From Salinispira sp. (GTDB lineage Bacteria > Spirochaetota > Spirochaetia > DSM-27196 > Salinispiraceae), in contig CBDDDG010000016.1 in assembly GCA_965226555.1 (NCBI GenBank), forward strand, positions 30,378 to 94,377: a stretch of 64,000 nucleotides of DNA, in the 5' to 3' direction. The notes under the pieces were generated by a model. That model made no database searches and had not been told where the DNA came from. It saw only the letters and a list, made by a program, of their open reading frames with translations. This document shows positions 17,162-26,948 of the stretch, piece by piece. The stretch's first letter is position 1, and every line of letters starts with the position of its first letter. The position numbers and the translations under genes were made by a program.

Positions 17162-18245
17162 GCTGAAAACGAGTCCCCTGTTCAGCGGAATGTTCAGCAT
17201 TTTCGTCAGCACTCCCATCTGTACTCCCGATTTTTCGGGCAATAACATAGCGCCCCGATATCATGTGATGTTCTACACGCAGTTCCCAGAACCAGGTCTC
17301 TGTTCCCAGATATCGAATAACCCGTTCTGCCGCCGGATTTGTCTGAAGTACTTCCTCAAGTCTAAGAATATCTCTCAACAATTCACTGCCGATGTTTTGC
17401 CGCCGCCTCACAGCGCGGATGACGGCATGCGCAGAAACGAACTGGGGAATGCTCTGTTCCCCGTAAGGAAACTTGAGGATAGTTTCAAGCACTGTATCAT
17501 CGGTATTGTTGACATTCAGCCAGGCCTCAATGGTAAGCAGGTTCCCCGCCTCGGGGGCCCGCAGTTCAATAAAGTTCCGTAATTCATCGGAACTCCAGAG
17601 CATGCCGCCGTGCTGGCGCTCCCGTAAATCATTTTCTATCAGAACTGCCGTAGAATCTCGGCCAAGACGCCGGGAAAGCATTCGGCTGCTCTGAAACGGG
17701 TCGCTGATATCCGGATGTATGTAGGAATAACGGCCGATTCCAGTATTGTGCTCTGCTTCACGCAAAAATTCCTGATACTCAGAATCGCTGTCAAAGAGAC
17801 CAATATCCTTTCTGAGCGATATCAGCTCGGACAGCGCAGCGGAGGAGGAAAAATAAACAAGAAATTCATCGTGTTCCAGCACATGCTCCGGGACAAGATT
17901 AAGGTTTAATCTGCTCGATAGATCCTTGAGATATACCATAATGTTTTCTCCGGTGAAAATTTTGGTAGTGTTGCCGATTATTTCGGGGAGTTCTTTATTA
18001 AGCTGCATTTCAATAATTGCTGCTCTGCTTTCGGTTCCTTCATTCATTATCTGAATAAAAGACTGTATAACCGTAGCGCTCAGGGAAGTGAAGCGGCTTT
18101 TCAGTTCTATTCCCGATTGGGAAGCGGTAAAGCGGCGCAGTGATGATCCGATTACAGCAGCGGCGGAAGAGAACAGAATGGCGAGCGATAGGAATACAAT
18201 GAATATGGTTGCTGAAAGTGAGCCTTCCCATCCCTTCATCTTCAT
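17124..18245 (-). CDS. GspK-like minor pseudopilin
   Basis: G^SLSAT plus hydrophobic helix; DLSSRLNLN and LNVNN motifs; last gene of the gsp cluster. Confidence 0.65.
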   Translation of the reverse strand: MKMKGWEGSLSATIFIVFLSLAILFSSAAAVIGSSLRRFTASQSGIELKSRFTSLSATVIQSFIQIMNEGTESRAAIIEMQLNKELPEIIGNTTKIFTGENIMVYLKDLSSRLNLNLVPEHVLEHDEFLVYFSSSAALSELISLRKDIGLFDSDSEYQEFLREAEHNTGIGRYSYIHPDISDPFQSSRMLSRRLGRDSTAVLIENDLRERQHGGMLWSSDELRNFIELRAPEAGNLLTIEAWLNVNNTDDTVLETILKFPYGEQSIPQFVSAHAVIRAVRRRQNIGSELLRDILRLEEVLQTNPAAERVIRYLGTETWFWELRVEHHMISGRYVIARKIGSTDGSADENAEHSAEQGTRFQLIEQKLYPRGMN

Positions 18246-18247
18246 TA

Positions 18248-18736
18248 TTAGTGCTGTACTCCGAGGGGAAAGGAGCCGCTGATAAATTGGTAGGTACGCT
18301 CTCCCGATTTCTGTTGAAATGTGAGCTGAATACCGGGCGGATACGAGAGACCATTATATTCCAGTTCTTCAATATCATATGGTATGGAGATCGGATATTG
18401 AAGAACAGCATCCGGAAGAACAATCCGTATAGTATCGGAAGCAAAGACAATTTCACTCTCCCCCGCTGTTACAACTGAGGCATTGAGGTATTTTTCAAGA
18501 CTAAAATCTGCCTGTTTCCTCCAATATGCTGTTTCCAGATTTTCAAAAATATCCGAAATTGCCCGAACAATACCGAGTAAGGACTCATTTTCAATAACTG
18601 CACGCTGCTTTTCGACCATGGTTTTTTGCAGTGAGAGCAGAAGGAGGAAAATTGATGAACTGAGAATGAGAATAATTACCAGTCCGATAATTGAATCGGC
18701 ATAGCTGTATCCGCTCCAGCGATTATTCTGATGCAT
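18248..18736 (-). CDS. GspJ-like minor pseudopilin
   Basis: Prepilin-like N-terminus RWSG^YSYADSIIGLVIILIL. Confidence 0.6.
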   Translation of the reverse strand: MHQNNRWSGYSYADSIIGLVIILILSSSIFLLLLSLQKTMVEKQRAVIENESLLGIVRAISDIFENLETAYWRKQADFSLEKYLNASVVTAGESEIVFASDTIRIVLPDAVLQYPISIPYDIEELEYNGLSYPPGIQLTFQQKSGERTYQFISGSFPLGVQH

Positions 18737-18944
18737 GGTATGTACTTCCATCCGGCAGCAAAAGCTGTGTTCCAATAAGGCGGGACTGCTGTCGGAGAAG
18801 TTCCTCATGGTGTTCCACAGATCTGTGAAGATTACGGACTGATGCCGTCAGGGCAAGAACTCCGGTAAGCATAATAACGATTGCTGCCACAGCATCAAGG
18901 ATAATTGATCCGGAATTCTGCTTCATCTTCAGGGATCGCTTCAT
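18723..18944 (-). CDS. GspI-like minor pseudopilin
   Basis: QNSG^SIILDAVAAIVIML; 73 aa. Confidence 0.55.
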   Translation of the reverse strand: MKRSLKMKQNSGSIILDAVAAIVIMLTGVLALTASVRNLHRSVEHHEELLRQQSRLIGTQLLLPDGSTYHASE

Positions 18945-18957
18945 CGAATGCCGTCTG

Positions 18958-19398
18958 TTATTCCCAGGAATTGATATCTTTCTCATTACCCTCACCCCCC
19001 GGCAATCCATCGATTCCATATGAGGTAATAGTGAACGGCAGGTTGTTTATTCCCGGAATCTGGTACTGATACTCACTACCCCAGGGATCACGTTCGGGCG
19101 ATTTGTCAATATAGGGACCCATCCAATTCTCAGGCATGGGATCAAGGATGGGTTTTTCCCATAATGCCCCCAAGCCCTGTTCCACGCTGGGATATCGCTG
19201 ATTATCTATGTAATATGCGTTCAGGGCCATTGAATAACTTTCGATCTGACTCTGCGCTGCCACCGATTTTGCCTGATCAATATAGCGGAAGGCAATAAAT
19301 CCGACCAATCCGGTGAGCACCATCACTATCGCGATAACAACCAAGGTTTCAACAAAGGTCCAGCCTCCCCATAACCTGATATGATCATTTTTTCTCAC
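18958..19398 (-). CDS. gspG: T2SS major pseudopilin GspG
   Basis: G^WTFVETLVVIAI; YPSVEQGLGAL, W.GPY, DPWG..Y.Y..PG, SYG.DG.PGGEG...DI..W. Confidence 0.93.
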   Translation of the reverse strand: MRKNDHIRLWGGWTFVETLVVIAIVMVLTGLVGFIAFRYIDQAKSVAAQSQIESYSMALNAYYIDNQRYPSVEQGLGALWEKPILDPMPENWMGPYIDKSPERDPWGSEYQYQIPGINNLPFTITSYGIDGLPGGEGNEKDINSWE

Positions 19399-20075
19399 TG
19401 CCGATCCTCCTTTTCAGCGATCTCCGCGATATCCATGAATTCCCGAATAAATTCACGGTGCGCGGGATGAGGCGGATATTTCCGGACGAGATCAGTTATT
19501 CGAATTTGAAAGCCTGGTTCCGCGTCATAGATATCTTTCAGAAGGGCGTACATTTCCCGATTTCTGTTTCCTGAAAAAATGAGTCCTTCAATGTTCAGAA
19601 AACTTTTCCGGAAGGATTGCGCTTTGTAGTAGAGAATTGCCTGAAGAAAGAGAAGAGGTTTATTGTTCTCTTCAATACTGAGCCCCAGATCAATAAGCTC
19701 GCCGGCTTCGGAATAGGCCTCCTGATTGATCAGGATATTTGCTTCTGCGAGACAGTCGAATGCAGAACGTATTTTGACATAGAGAATTTCCGTCCGACTC
19801 TGAAAATCGACAGAAATATTAATTTCTTCATACCCCTCCCTGATAAAGCGCAGATCATGCTCCCCTTTCCTCATCTGGTTCAGATAAAATCTGCCATTAA
19901 TGTCACTCTCTCCCAGAATTATGATACCCTCCATAATCTGAACCGACTTAACCGGACGGTTTTGATAATCATAGATCATTCCGTACAGCGGAGCTTCATC
20001 GAATTGCAGAGGGTTCTCAAGAGTGGAACATGATATTACGAGAAGCGCGATAAGCATGGTAAATATCAACTTCAT
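19395..20075 (-). CDS. Lipoprotein with carboxypeptidase-regulatory-like beta domain and TPR-like helices (possible T2SS accessory)
   Basis: Lipobox VISC; GMIYD..N.PV, SDINGRF; translationally coupled to gspG. Confidence 0.6.
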   Translation of the reverse strand: MKLIFTMLIALLVISCSTLENPLQFDEAPLYGMIYDYQNRPVKSVQIMEGIIILGESDINGRFYLNQMRKGEHDLRFIREGYEEINISVDFQSRTEILYVKIRSAFDCLAEANILINQEAYSEAGELIDLGLSIEENNKPLLFLQAILYYKAQSFRKSFLNIEGLIFSGNRNREMYALLKDIYDAEPGFQIRITDLVRKYPPHPAHREFIREFMDIAEIAEKEDRQ

Positions 20076-20078
20076 ATT

Positions 20079-21038
20079 TCAATTCCTCCTTTCCACATAG
20101 TATATATCTCCTCCTTTTTTCATGGATATTACTGATTGATCCACAGCGAACAATTCCCAATCTCGCCATGAATCGCCAATTCCTAAAATAAAAACCGCGG
20201 AACTTGGCAGATATTTCAGGCTGATTTGATACTGCCCCCCGTAGTTCAGTTCACCAAGATACTGCCACTCGCTATCCCGAGCCGGGGCAGGAGAGCTATC
20301 CCCTCTTTTCCTTTCGGCAGCCGATGCAGGACGACCCGGAATGTAAAAACTCATGAAGTCCCGTTCGCTGAAATCGGCATTGGCTGTTTCCTGATGATCC
20401 CTTGTTTCCTGATGATCCGTCTGAACAGCTTTATCATCATCGCTGCGGATAGATGCGTAGTATTGATACTGCAGATCTTCGTTGGTGAAGCTGAGTTCAT
20501 GGAATGAAATAAGCAGTTCGCATTGTATCGGGTACCTGTTTTCGGAAGAGAGAACACGGTAATTCAGGCGCTCTATATGCATCCATGGATATTTCTGCTC
20601 AAGAACCCTGAGTACATTGAGAAACTCGGAAAGCTGACTCCGAAACTGAATCTGCGTACTGTCGGATTTACGGATTGTCATGAAATTATTATGCAGAATT
20701 TGACTGTATTCGTTCGTTGAGGGCCGAAAACTGATGATCGCAAGATTCCATAAGCTGAATATGCGCTCCAATTCCCGTGAAAACCCCTGCGCGCTCATAC
20801 TGTTTTCCATGATGAATTTTTCTGAGAGACCTTCGCGTATGTAATCGTCTGTTGATATGCGCTCCTGCGAATTTTGCAGTAATTGCCTGAGATCATCGGA
20901 TTGCGCGCGTATCCGCTCAAGCCGCAGAGCATAGCGATGAATGTCCTGTATAAAAACCACGAGCAGGGCGGTAAAGATTGACAGGAGGAGGATAATGATA
21001 AAAATACGCAGGATGGATGGACGAATACCGTATTTCAT
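20079..21038 (-). CDS. GspM/PilO-like inner-membrane platform protein
   Basis: N-terminal TM and coiled coil; position in the gsp cluster. Confidence 0.45.
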   Translation of the reverse strand: MKYGIRPSILRIFIIILLLSIFTALLVVFIQDIHRYALRLERIRAQSDDLRQLLQNSQERISTDDYIREGLSEKFIMENSMSAQGFSRELERIFSLWNLAIISFRPSTNEYSQILHNNFMTIRKSDSTQIQFRSQLSEFLNVLRVLEQKYPWMHIERLNYRVLSSENRYPIQCELLISFHELSFTNEDLQYQYYASIRSDDDKAVQTDHQETRDHQETANADFSERDFMSFYIPGRPASAAERKRGDSSPAPARDSEWQYLGELNYGGQYQISLKYLPSSAVFILGIGDSWRDWELFAVDQSVISMKKGGDIYYVERRN

Positions 21039-21991
21039 CAGCGTTCACCTCTCCTGTTCTCCCTGTCGGTTTGAAGGGTAAGGCTGTATACGGTGCTGCC
21101 ATCGTTCTGTGTGCGTATTCTTCCGATAATTACTTCCGAAAACATACCAGATTGTATTAGTCCTTCCTGCAGTTCCAGAGGAGTATTTCCAATAATGCGG
21201 ACCTGCATACTTTCCAGATTTCCGGTAATTTCGGTGATCTGAATGTCAGGATACCCCCTGTCAATGATCTCACGAAGGAAGGAATGGAAGTTCATTCCCT
21301 GATATTCTGAGAGTATTGAGGTAATGTCGCTCATGGAGGTTTCTCCGTTGTTTTCTGTTTGGAGGGAGATTTCTTCCTGATGGGTAAAAAATTCTTCCCG
21401 GGCTGCATCCACCGCGGTAATGAGGTATGAACGGCGGAGGGTAAGGGAAATAAGAACACCTGCAAAAAGGATGAGAAAGAATAAAAATACCGCGCCTGCC
21501 GGGAATTGATTCCGTATATGCAGTGAAAAATTCTTTTCGCTGACCGGATATTTTTCATGGAACCGAAAAATTCCCGATCTATGCATCTCAATTTCTTCCC
21601 GGAGATCGGCAATTTCATATTCATAGTCGGCTGCCGCAGGTTCGGAAAGCTGTACATATGAATGTCCAATTATATCGTTATCGCGGAAGGTAAAGAGTTC
21701 AGTATAGCGCTCAGAATGTATCGCGTAGCTTCCTTCCCGCATGCCCGATACAATCAGAGCGGCTGCAAGCTGGGGAATACGGACTCCTCTCCTGTGGAAT
21801 TTTTCAGTCTTCGGCGGGCGATATACCGCAGCGCTTCCGGTAAAACGGATAAACTCAAGCTGTGACGGTTCCGGTTCATCGGGATAGAGATGCCCGATAT
21901 GTTCATATATATATTCATCATCAATGTGCGAACGTGGAATTTCAAGCATATGAATCATGGATTTTCGGTCGGACAGTATGTGTATATTCAT
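21038..21991 (-). CDS. GspL/PilN-like protein
   Basis: Central TM and C-terminal PilN-like segment; directly after gspF. Confidence 0.45.
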   Translation of the reverse strand: MNIHILSDRKSMIHMLEIPRSHIDDEYIYEHIGHLYPDEPEPSQLEFIRFTGSAAVYRPPKTEKFHRRGVRIPQLAAALIVSGMREGSYAIHSERYTELFTFRDNDIIGHSYVQLSEPAAADYEYEIADLREEIEMHRSGIFRFHEKYPVSEKNFSLHIRNQFPAGAVFLFFLILFAGVLISLTLRRSYLITAVDAAREEFFTHQEEISLQTENNGETSMSDITSILSEYQGMNFHSFLREIIDRGYPDIQITEITGNLESMQVRIIGNTPLELQEGLIQSGMFSEVIIGRIRTQNDGSTVYSLTLQTDRENRRGER

Positions 21992-23067
21992 CAGAGTACC
22001 TCGGTGAAAAGTGTGAAAAATGGAACAATATACTGTATTACCAGCATTAGAATAATTGCTCCAACCAACATGGTAAGGGCGGGTTCCAGGAGATTCAGAA
22101 GGCGGGTAATTCTGGAATTGGTACGCAGCTTCAGATATTCATGGAGCTGCATGACGGCGGTTTCGCTCTCTCCGGTTTCTTCGCCGATCTTCATCCATCG
22201 TTTTACTTCGGGAGAGAAGAATTGTCTGTTCTGTTCAAATACTGATGATGGGGGGACTCCGTTCTGAATGCCTCTGATTGCCGATGCAGTTGCCTTTCTC
22301 ATACTCAGAGGATCGATAAGAGATAGTGATTTTTCCAGCGCCCTGTCTATCGGAATTCCGTTCTGCAGAAACAGATGGAGTGAGAAAAACAAACGGAGTA
22401 AATTCTGTTCAATAATCATTGTTCCCAGCAACGGGGTACGGAGAACAATACTCTCCCAGAAAAGGAGAAGTACCGGCAATCTGCTGCCGCTTCGGGAACG
22501 CCGGTATGCTGTGTGAATAATTATGAGAGTAATTACGAACAGCAGGAAGGCGATGGAACCGATAAAAAGGACATTGAGCGACTGCTGCAACTGGAAGGCG
22601 GCAGTGTTGTTAAAACTGCTGAGCAGCTGTATCATCCGCGGCATAAAAAGCGTTGAGAAAAGCATGAGCCCGACACTAATCATGCTCAGAATGAAGAGAG
22701 GATAGATCATCGCACTGATAACCTTCTCCCTGACGCTGCGCTGCTGTTTGAGATACTCAAGTATTTTCCTGCTGACTGTTACCAGATCTCCCGTTTCTTC
22801 ACCAACGGTAATAAAGGCAATGTACCAGCGCGGAAATGAGGGAGAACATGAGCTCATGGCATCTGAGAGGTTCATTCCTTTTTCTAGTGACTGGAGCAGT
22901 GATCTGCTGAGCGCAATAAGGATTTGGTGATGTGTTATGTCTGAATATATCTGAAGCAGACGCGGGAGGCTCAGTCCTGAACGGAGAAGATTATTCAGTG
23001 TTTCAGTGAAATCTTCCAGATACCGGTTGTGAAGAACTGCCCGGGATGGAGGATATGATGTTCTCAT
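21991..23067 (-). CDS. gspF: T2SS inner membrane protein GspF
   Basis: LLRSGLSL, VGEETGDL, AMIYP, IGEETG, LLEP. Confidence 0.92.
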   Translation of the reverse strand: MRTSYPPSRAVLHNRYLEDFTETLNNLLRSGLSLPRLLQIYSDITHHQILIALSRSLLQSLEKGMNLSDAMSSCSPSFPRWYIAFITVGEETGDLVTVSRKILEYLKQQRSVREKVISAMIYPLFILSMISVGLMLFSTLFMPRMIQLLSSFNNTAAFQLQQSLNVLFIGSIAFLLFVITLIIIHTAYRRSRSGSRLPVLLLFWESIVLRTPLLGTMIIEQNLLRLFFSLHLFLQNGIPIDRALEKSLSLIDPLSMRKATASAIRGIQNGVPPSSVFEQNRQFFSPEVKRWMKIGEETGESETAVMQLHEYLKLRTNSRITRLLNLLEPALTMLVGAIILMLVIQYIVPFFTLFTEVL

Positions 23068-24587
23068 GGCAGATTCCCCCCTAGTGCATCGCTCCGTATC
23101 CGGCGAATCTCGCTCATTGTGCTCACACCCCTCATTACCTGCCGTAAGGCATCACTATGAATGTTTCGGAATGAATGAGAATTGAGATAATTAATGAGGG
23201 TATGTTGATCGGCCTGTTTCTCAATGAGCAGGGAAAGTTCAGGATCAACATCGATAATTTCTGCGACTACTGTACGCCCCTTGTATCCGGTACCCCTGCA
23301 GATATCACAGCCGACACTTTCGAATAATGTTATTTTCTCCCTGTCCGCATCAGAACAAAGCTCATTCCATGTGCTGTGAAATTCCGATAATGATTCTGAC
23401 GATTGTACCGGTCTCCGACAATGTACACAGAGTTTTCTCACCAGCCGCTGGGCAATAATGGTTTGTAACATTCCCGCAATAAGGTAGGTATCAACTCCGA
23501 TGTTTACAAGACGTTGTATGCTCGCAATCGCATTGTTCGTATGCAGTGAACTCAGTACCATGTGACCGGTCATTGCCGCCCGCATCGCAAGCTGCGCAGT
23601 TTCCTCATCACGAATTTCTCCGACCATAATCACATCGGGATCCTGACGCAGTATGCGCCGAAGAATTTTTGAGAAGCTCAGGCCTATTTCGTCGTGTGTC
23701 TGGATTTGATCAACTCCGTCAATGTTGAATTCAACCGGATCTTCAATGGAAATAATCTTTTTGCTCCCGTCATTTATCTCAGTGAGCAGAGCATTCAGAG
23801 TTGTTGTTTTTCCGCTTCCTGTGGGGCCGGTTATGAGAATAAAGCCCTGCGGATTATGGATGGTGTTTTTCAGCAGATGTAGTTGAGGGTCTGAAAAACC
23901 GATCTCATTGAGAGTCCGCGGGCTTGAATTCAGGTTTAGAATTCTCAGAACGAGTGATTCTCCGTGAGCCGTAGGAACAGATGAAATGCGCATATCCAGC
24001 GAATAGGTAGAAAGGGTAACCGAAAGACGGCCATCCTGCGGACGGCGCTGCTCCATAATGTTCAGTCCGGCCATAATCTTGATTCTCGCGGTGATGCTTG
24101 GATAAAGTCCGTCGGGAATATCCCGATCCTTCATGAGCACACCGTCAAGTCGGTACCGGACAGATGCATTATTTTTTCCCCGTTCAATGTGAATGTCGCT
24201 GGCTTCAGCGTTAATGGCATCGAGAATAATGCCGTTTACCAAATTGATAATTGGAGCATTGTTCGCCAGCTTATCAACAGCATTTTGCTCGCTGAGCTGA
24301 GTTCTTCCCGATTGATCATGAAGCTCTTCGCGGATTTTTTTATGGATGAAGCGCGCAAGATCAGCATTACTGATCAGCTCGAAGTTCAGAGACAGGTCAT
24401 CAATTCCCTGAAACTGGAAAAACTGCCCTATTTCTTCTCTCAGCGCAATATCACTGTCATTCGTTAATCCGACAATTATCCTTGCGTCAGTTCTGTTGAG
24501 AATTAATGCTCCCCGGTGTTCAATAAACCCCTCTGGAAACTGCTCCGAGCCATGTGGTATATTTTCAAACGATTCAAGAACTACCAT
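23064..24587 (-). CDS. gspE: T2SS ATPase GspE
   Basis: ASDIHIE, RRPQDGR, GPTGSGKTTT, LRQDPDVIMVGEIRD, LHTN, CxxC...CxxC GYKGR. Confidence 0.95.
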   Translation of the reverse strand: MVVLESFENIPHGSEQFPEGFIEHRGALILNRTDARIIVGLTNDSDIALREEIGQFFQFQGIDDLSLNFELISNADLARFIHKKIREELHDQSGRTQLSEQNAVDKLANNAPIINLVNGIILDAINAEASDIHIERGKNNASVRYRLDGVLMKDRDIPDGLYPSITARIKIMAGLNIMEQRRPQDGRLSVTLSTYSLDMRISSVPTAHGESLVLRILNLNSSPRTLNEIGFSDPQLHLLKNTIHNPQGFILITGPTGSGKTTTLNALLTEINDGSKKIISIEDPVEFNIDGVDQIQTHDEIGLSFSKILRRILRQDPDVIMVGEIRDEETAQLAMRAAMTGHMVLSSLHTNNAIASIQRLVNIGVDTYLIAGMLQTIIAQRLVRKLCVHCRRPVQSSESLSEFHSTWNELCSDADREKITLFESVGCDICRGTGYKGRTVVAEIIDVDPELSLLIEKQADQHTLINYLNSHSFRNIHSDALRQVMRGVSTMSEIRRIRSDALGGNLP

Positions 24588-26779
24588 TATTGCCCCATAT
24601 GCTCCCGGTAGAGGAGCTTAAAGAGATCGGATGCCGTAGTTGTTTCACCAAAGGGATATTCAAGATAGGGAATAATATAGACGCGTAGTTCGGTATTCTC
24701 CGTATTCTGTCCCTTATTGGAAAAAAGATTTCCCAGAACGGGTATATCGCTCAATAGCGGCGTACCATCTTTTGAATTTGATGCTTCCTGACTTATCAAC
24801 CCTCCGATAACAACGGACTCTCCGGATCGCGTGCGCGCGTGTGTCTTTATGATGCGCTCATTGGTACTGGGTAAATTACTTCCCGCATCGGCGTCGTCAA
24901 AATTACGGGAAAACGATGCTGAAACATCCATAGTGATCATACCATCGCCGCTGCTCCACCCGGTAATGTTAACATTCAAACCGGAAGATATTTCAAGAGT
25001 AGTAACCTGAGATTCTTCAGAATTGTCGGATGTTTCTGTACTGCGAAACCTGCTTATGTTGGTATTCTGAAAACTGACTTCCTCACCCGATAATCCGGTA
25101 ATGCCTGAATCAATAAGAATGCGGGACTCAGAGCGGGCAAGCGACCAGTTCAGATCAAGCGCAAAACCGTAGCCGAAATTCGACACAATGTCGAAATCGA
25201 GAGTAAGGAGTTCCCCGATGGCGCCGATAAAGCTGCTTCCGGCTGCATTCTCAGATTCCGTTAAGCGGCTGTTTGAAATTTTGGGCGCATAGGTGAATTG
25301 TTCCCGATCTTGGAACTGAATAACCAGAACCTGATACCGTATCTGCGGAATTGGCGTGTCGATGTGGTCAAGTTCCCGCATGAATAGTTCGTACATGGAT
25401 TCGCTGCCGGTAAAAAACACAAGGGTCGGATCCGCTGTCTCAATTATGTTTTCCCTGCTGACCGAGGGCGGAAGATACTGCAGCAGCTGTCCGCTCCTGA
25501 TGTAGCGGAGCCGGACCGGTCTGCCGGCTCCATGGGCATTGAGCAGGTTTATGAAAGATTGTATTTCACGGGATTTTTCCTGGTTCGTGAGCATGATGAG
25601 GGCATTCTGACCCGGAACAATGAGCGGCCGGGACGGGCGTAACCGTTCGGGTAGTATGCCGATGACGTCCTGGGGCGCGGAACCGATAAATTCAAAGCGG
25701 TAATATTTCTGGTTCGCGAGGGGCCTGTCCAACTCTTCAATGAAATTGAGAACAGGAACAAGTTCGCCGCTTGTTCCGTTGAGAATCAGCTTGTTTGTTT
25801 CATTATCAATTTTATAAGCATTGTTGGAGATGAGTCCGCCCGGAAAAAGTGACGGAAGGGATTCAGCCCGCAGATATCGAAGAGGGACCTGAACTGTTGC
25901 TGAATGACGATTGACAATATCATCCTGTCTGAGATCCAGTATGTAGTACAGATTACCCTGTTGACGAACATCCGCCCCCCCGAGTTCAAGAAAGATACTA
26001 AGCAGTTCATCGAAGGTTTTATCGGTATATCGTACTGAATTGATGACAATATCTGTATCTTTCAGCAGAATATATTCTTTTTCGGCCAGATCAAAAAGCT
26101 CATCAATGAGATCGATAAACCGCAGATTCACACCATCAGCCGAATAACGATCATCCTTACGCTGAATACCCGAAGGACGAAATCCTGATCCGAGTCCGTT
26201 TTCAGAAATCTTCTGTATGCTGAAGAAATCGGACTTACTAATCAATTCATAATTCGGAAACTTACTGATAACAATGGTGAGAATTCTCTTCAGGCTAAGC
26301 GATGTACTGTGAATACTGATATTTTGTGACGGGAGTGAACTATGCAGTATGGGCGTACGGGATTCACGGGAAAGAGCATCGAGAAAGCTGCTGGGAGAAA
26401 CATTTTCCGCATCCACACTATAGGTATTATCCATTTCACCGGAGACTATTTTTATTTTGCTGATGTATCGTATGCCATCAATTGTGTTGATATAGAAATT
26501 GTTTGTCTGAGCAACTATGTTTAATGCCTCGTCTACGGTGAGATCACGGAAGTAATGGGTTGTTGTTCCCTTCACTGTGTCATCAAAAATTACAGAGAAT
26601 CTGCCGAGTTGAGCGAGGGTGAGAAGTACATCTTGTATATTCTGATTGCGGAACTCAATATCTTCTATGGTGATTTGCTCATTAATTGGTGCGAATACTT
26701 CATGGGCGGAAAGTATTACTGGTTCACAGAATAGTTGAATAAACATTCCCAAAAGAGGAATGTACTGTTTTTTCATCAT
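24587..26779 (-). CDS. gspD: T2SS secretin GspD
   Basis: N-domains; C-terminal secretin motif SGESVVIGGLI...PLLSDIPVLGNLF...EL.VYI.P. Confidence 0.9.
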   Translation of the reverse strand: MMKKQYIPLLGMFIQLFCEPVILSAHEVFAPINEQITIEDIEFRNQNIQDVLLTLAQLGRFSVIFDDTVKGTTTHYFRDLTVDEALNIVAQTNNFYINTIDGIRYISKIKIVSGEMDNTYSVDAENVSPSSFLDALSRESRTPILHSSLPSQNISIHSTSLSLKRILTIVISKFPNYELISKSDFFSIQKISENGLGSGFRPSGIQRKDDRYSADGVNLRFIDLIDELFDLAEKEYILLKDTDIVINSVRYTDKTFDELLSIFLELGGADVRQQGNLYYILDLRQDDIVNRHSATVQVPLRYLRAESLPSLFPGGLISNNAYKIDNETNKLILNGTSGELVPVLNFIEELDRPLANQKYYRFEFIGSAPQDVIGILPERLRPSRPLIVPGQNALIMLTNQEKSREIQSFINLLNAHGAGRPVRLRYIRSGQLLQYLPPSVSRENIIETADPTLVFFTGSESMYELFMRELDHIDTPIPQIRYQVLVIQFQDREQFTYAPKISNSRLTESENAAGSSFIGAIGELLTLDFDIVSNFGYGFALDLNWSLARSESRILIDSGITGLSGEEVSFQNTNISRFRSTETSDNSEESQVTTLEISSGLNVNITGWSSGDGMITMDVSASFSRNFDDADAGSNLPSTNERIIKTHARTRSGESVVIGGLISQEASNSKDGTPLLSDIPVLGNLFSNKGQNTENTELRVYIIPYLEYPFGETTTASDLFKLLYREHMGQ

Positions 26780-26948
26780 AATTAGTCTCCAAAATTCTAT
26801 TTTTTATCGACAACACGCAACATTTGTATTGTATCGCTATGCTCCCGTATTACTGTAACTGCCGCTTTTATAGTTTTGAATGACATGTTTGCTTTAAATT
26901 GCATTTTTTTGTAAAAAAATTTTTTTTAACAAATTTTCCCTTTCAGTC

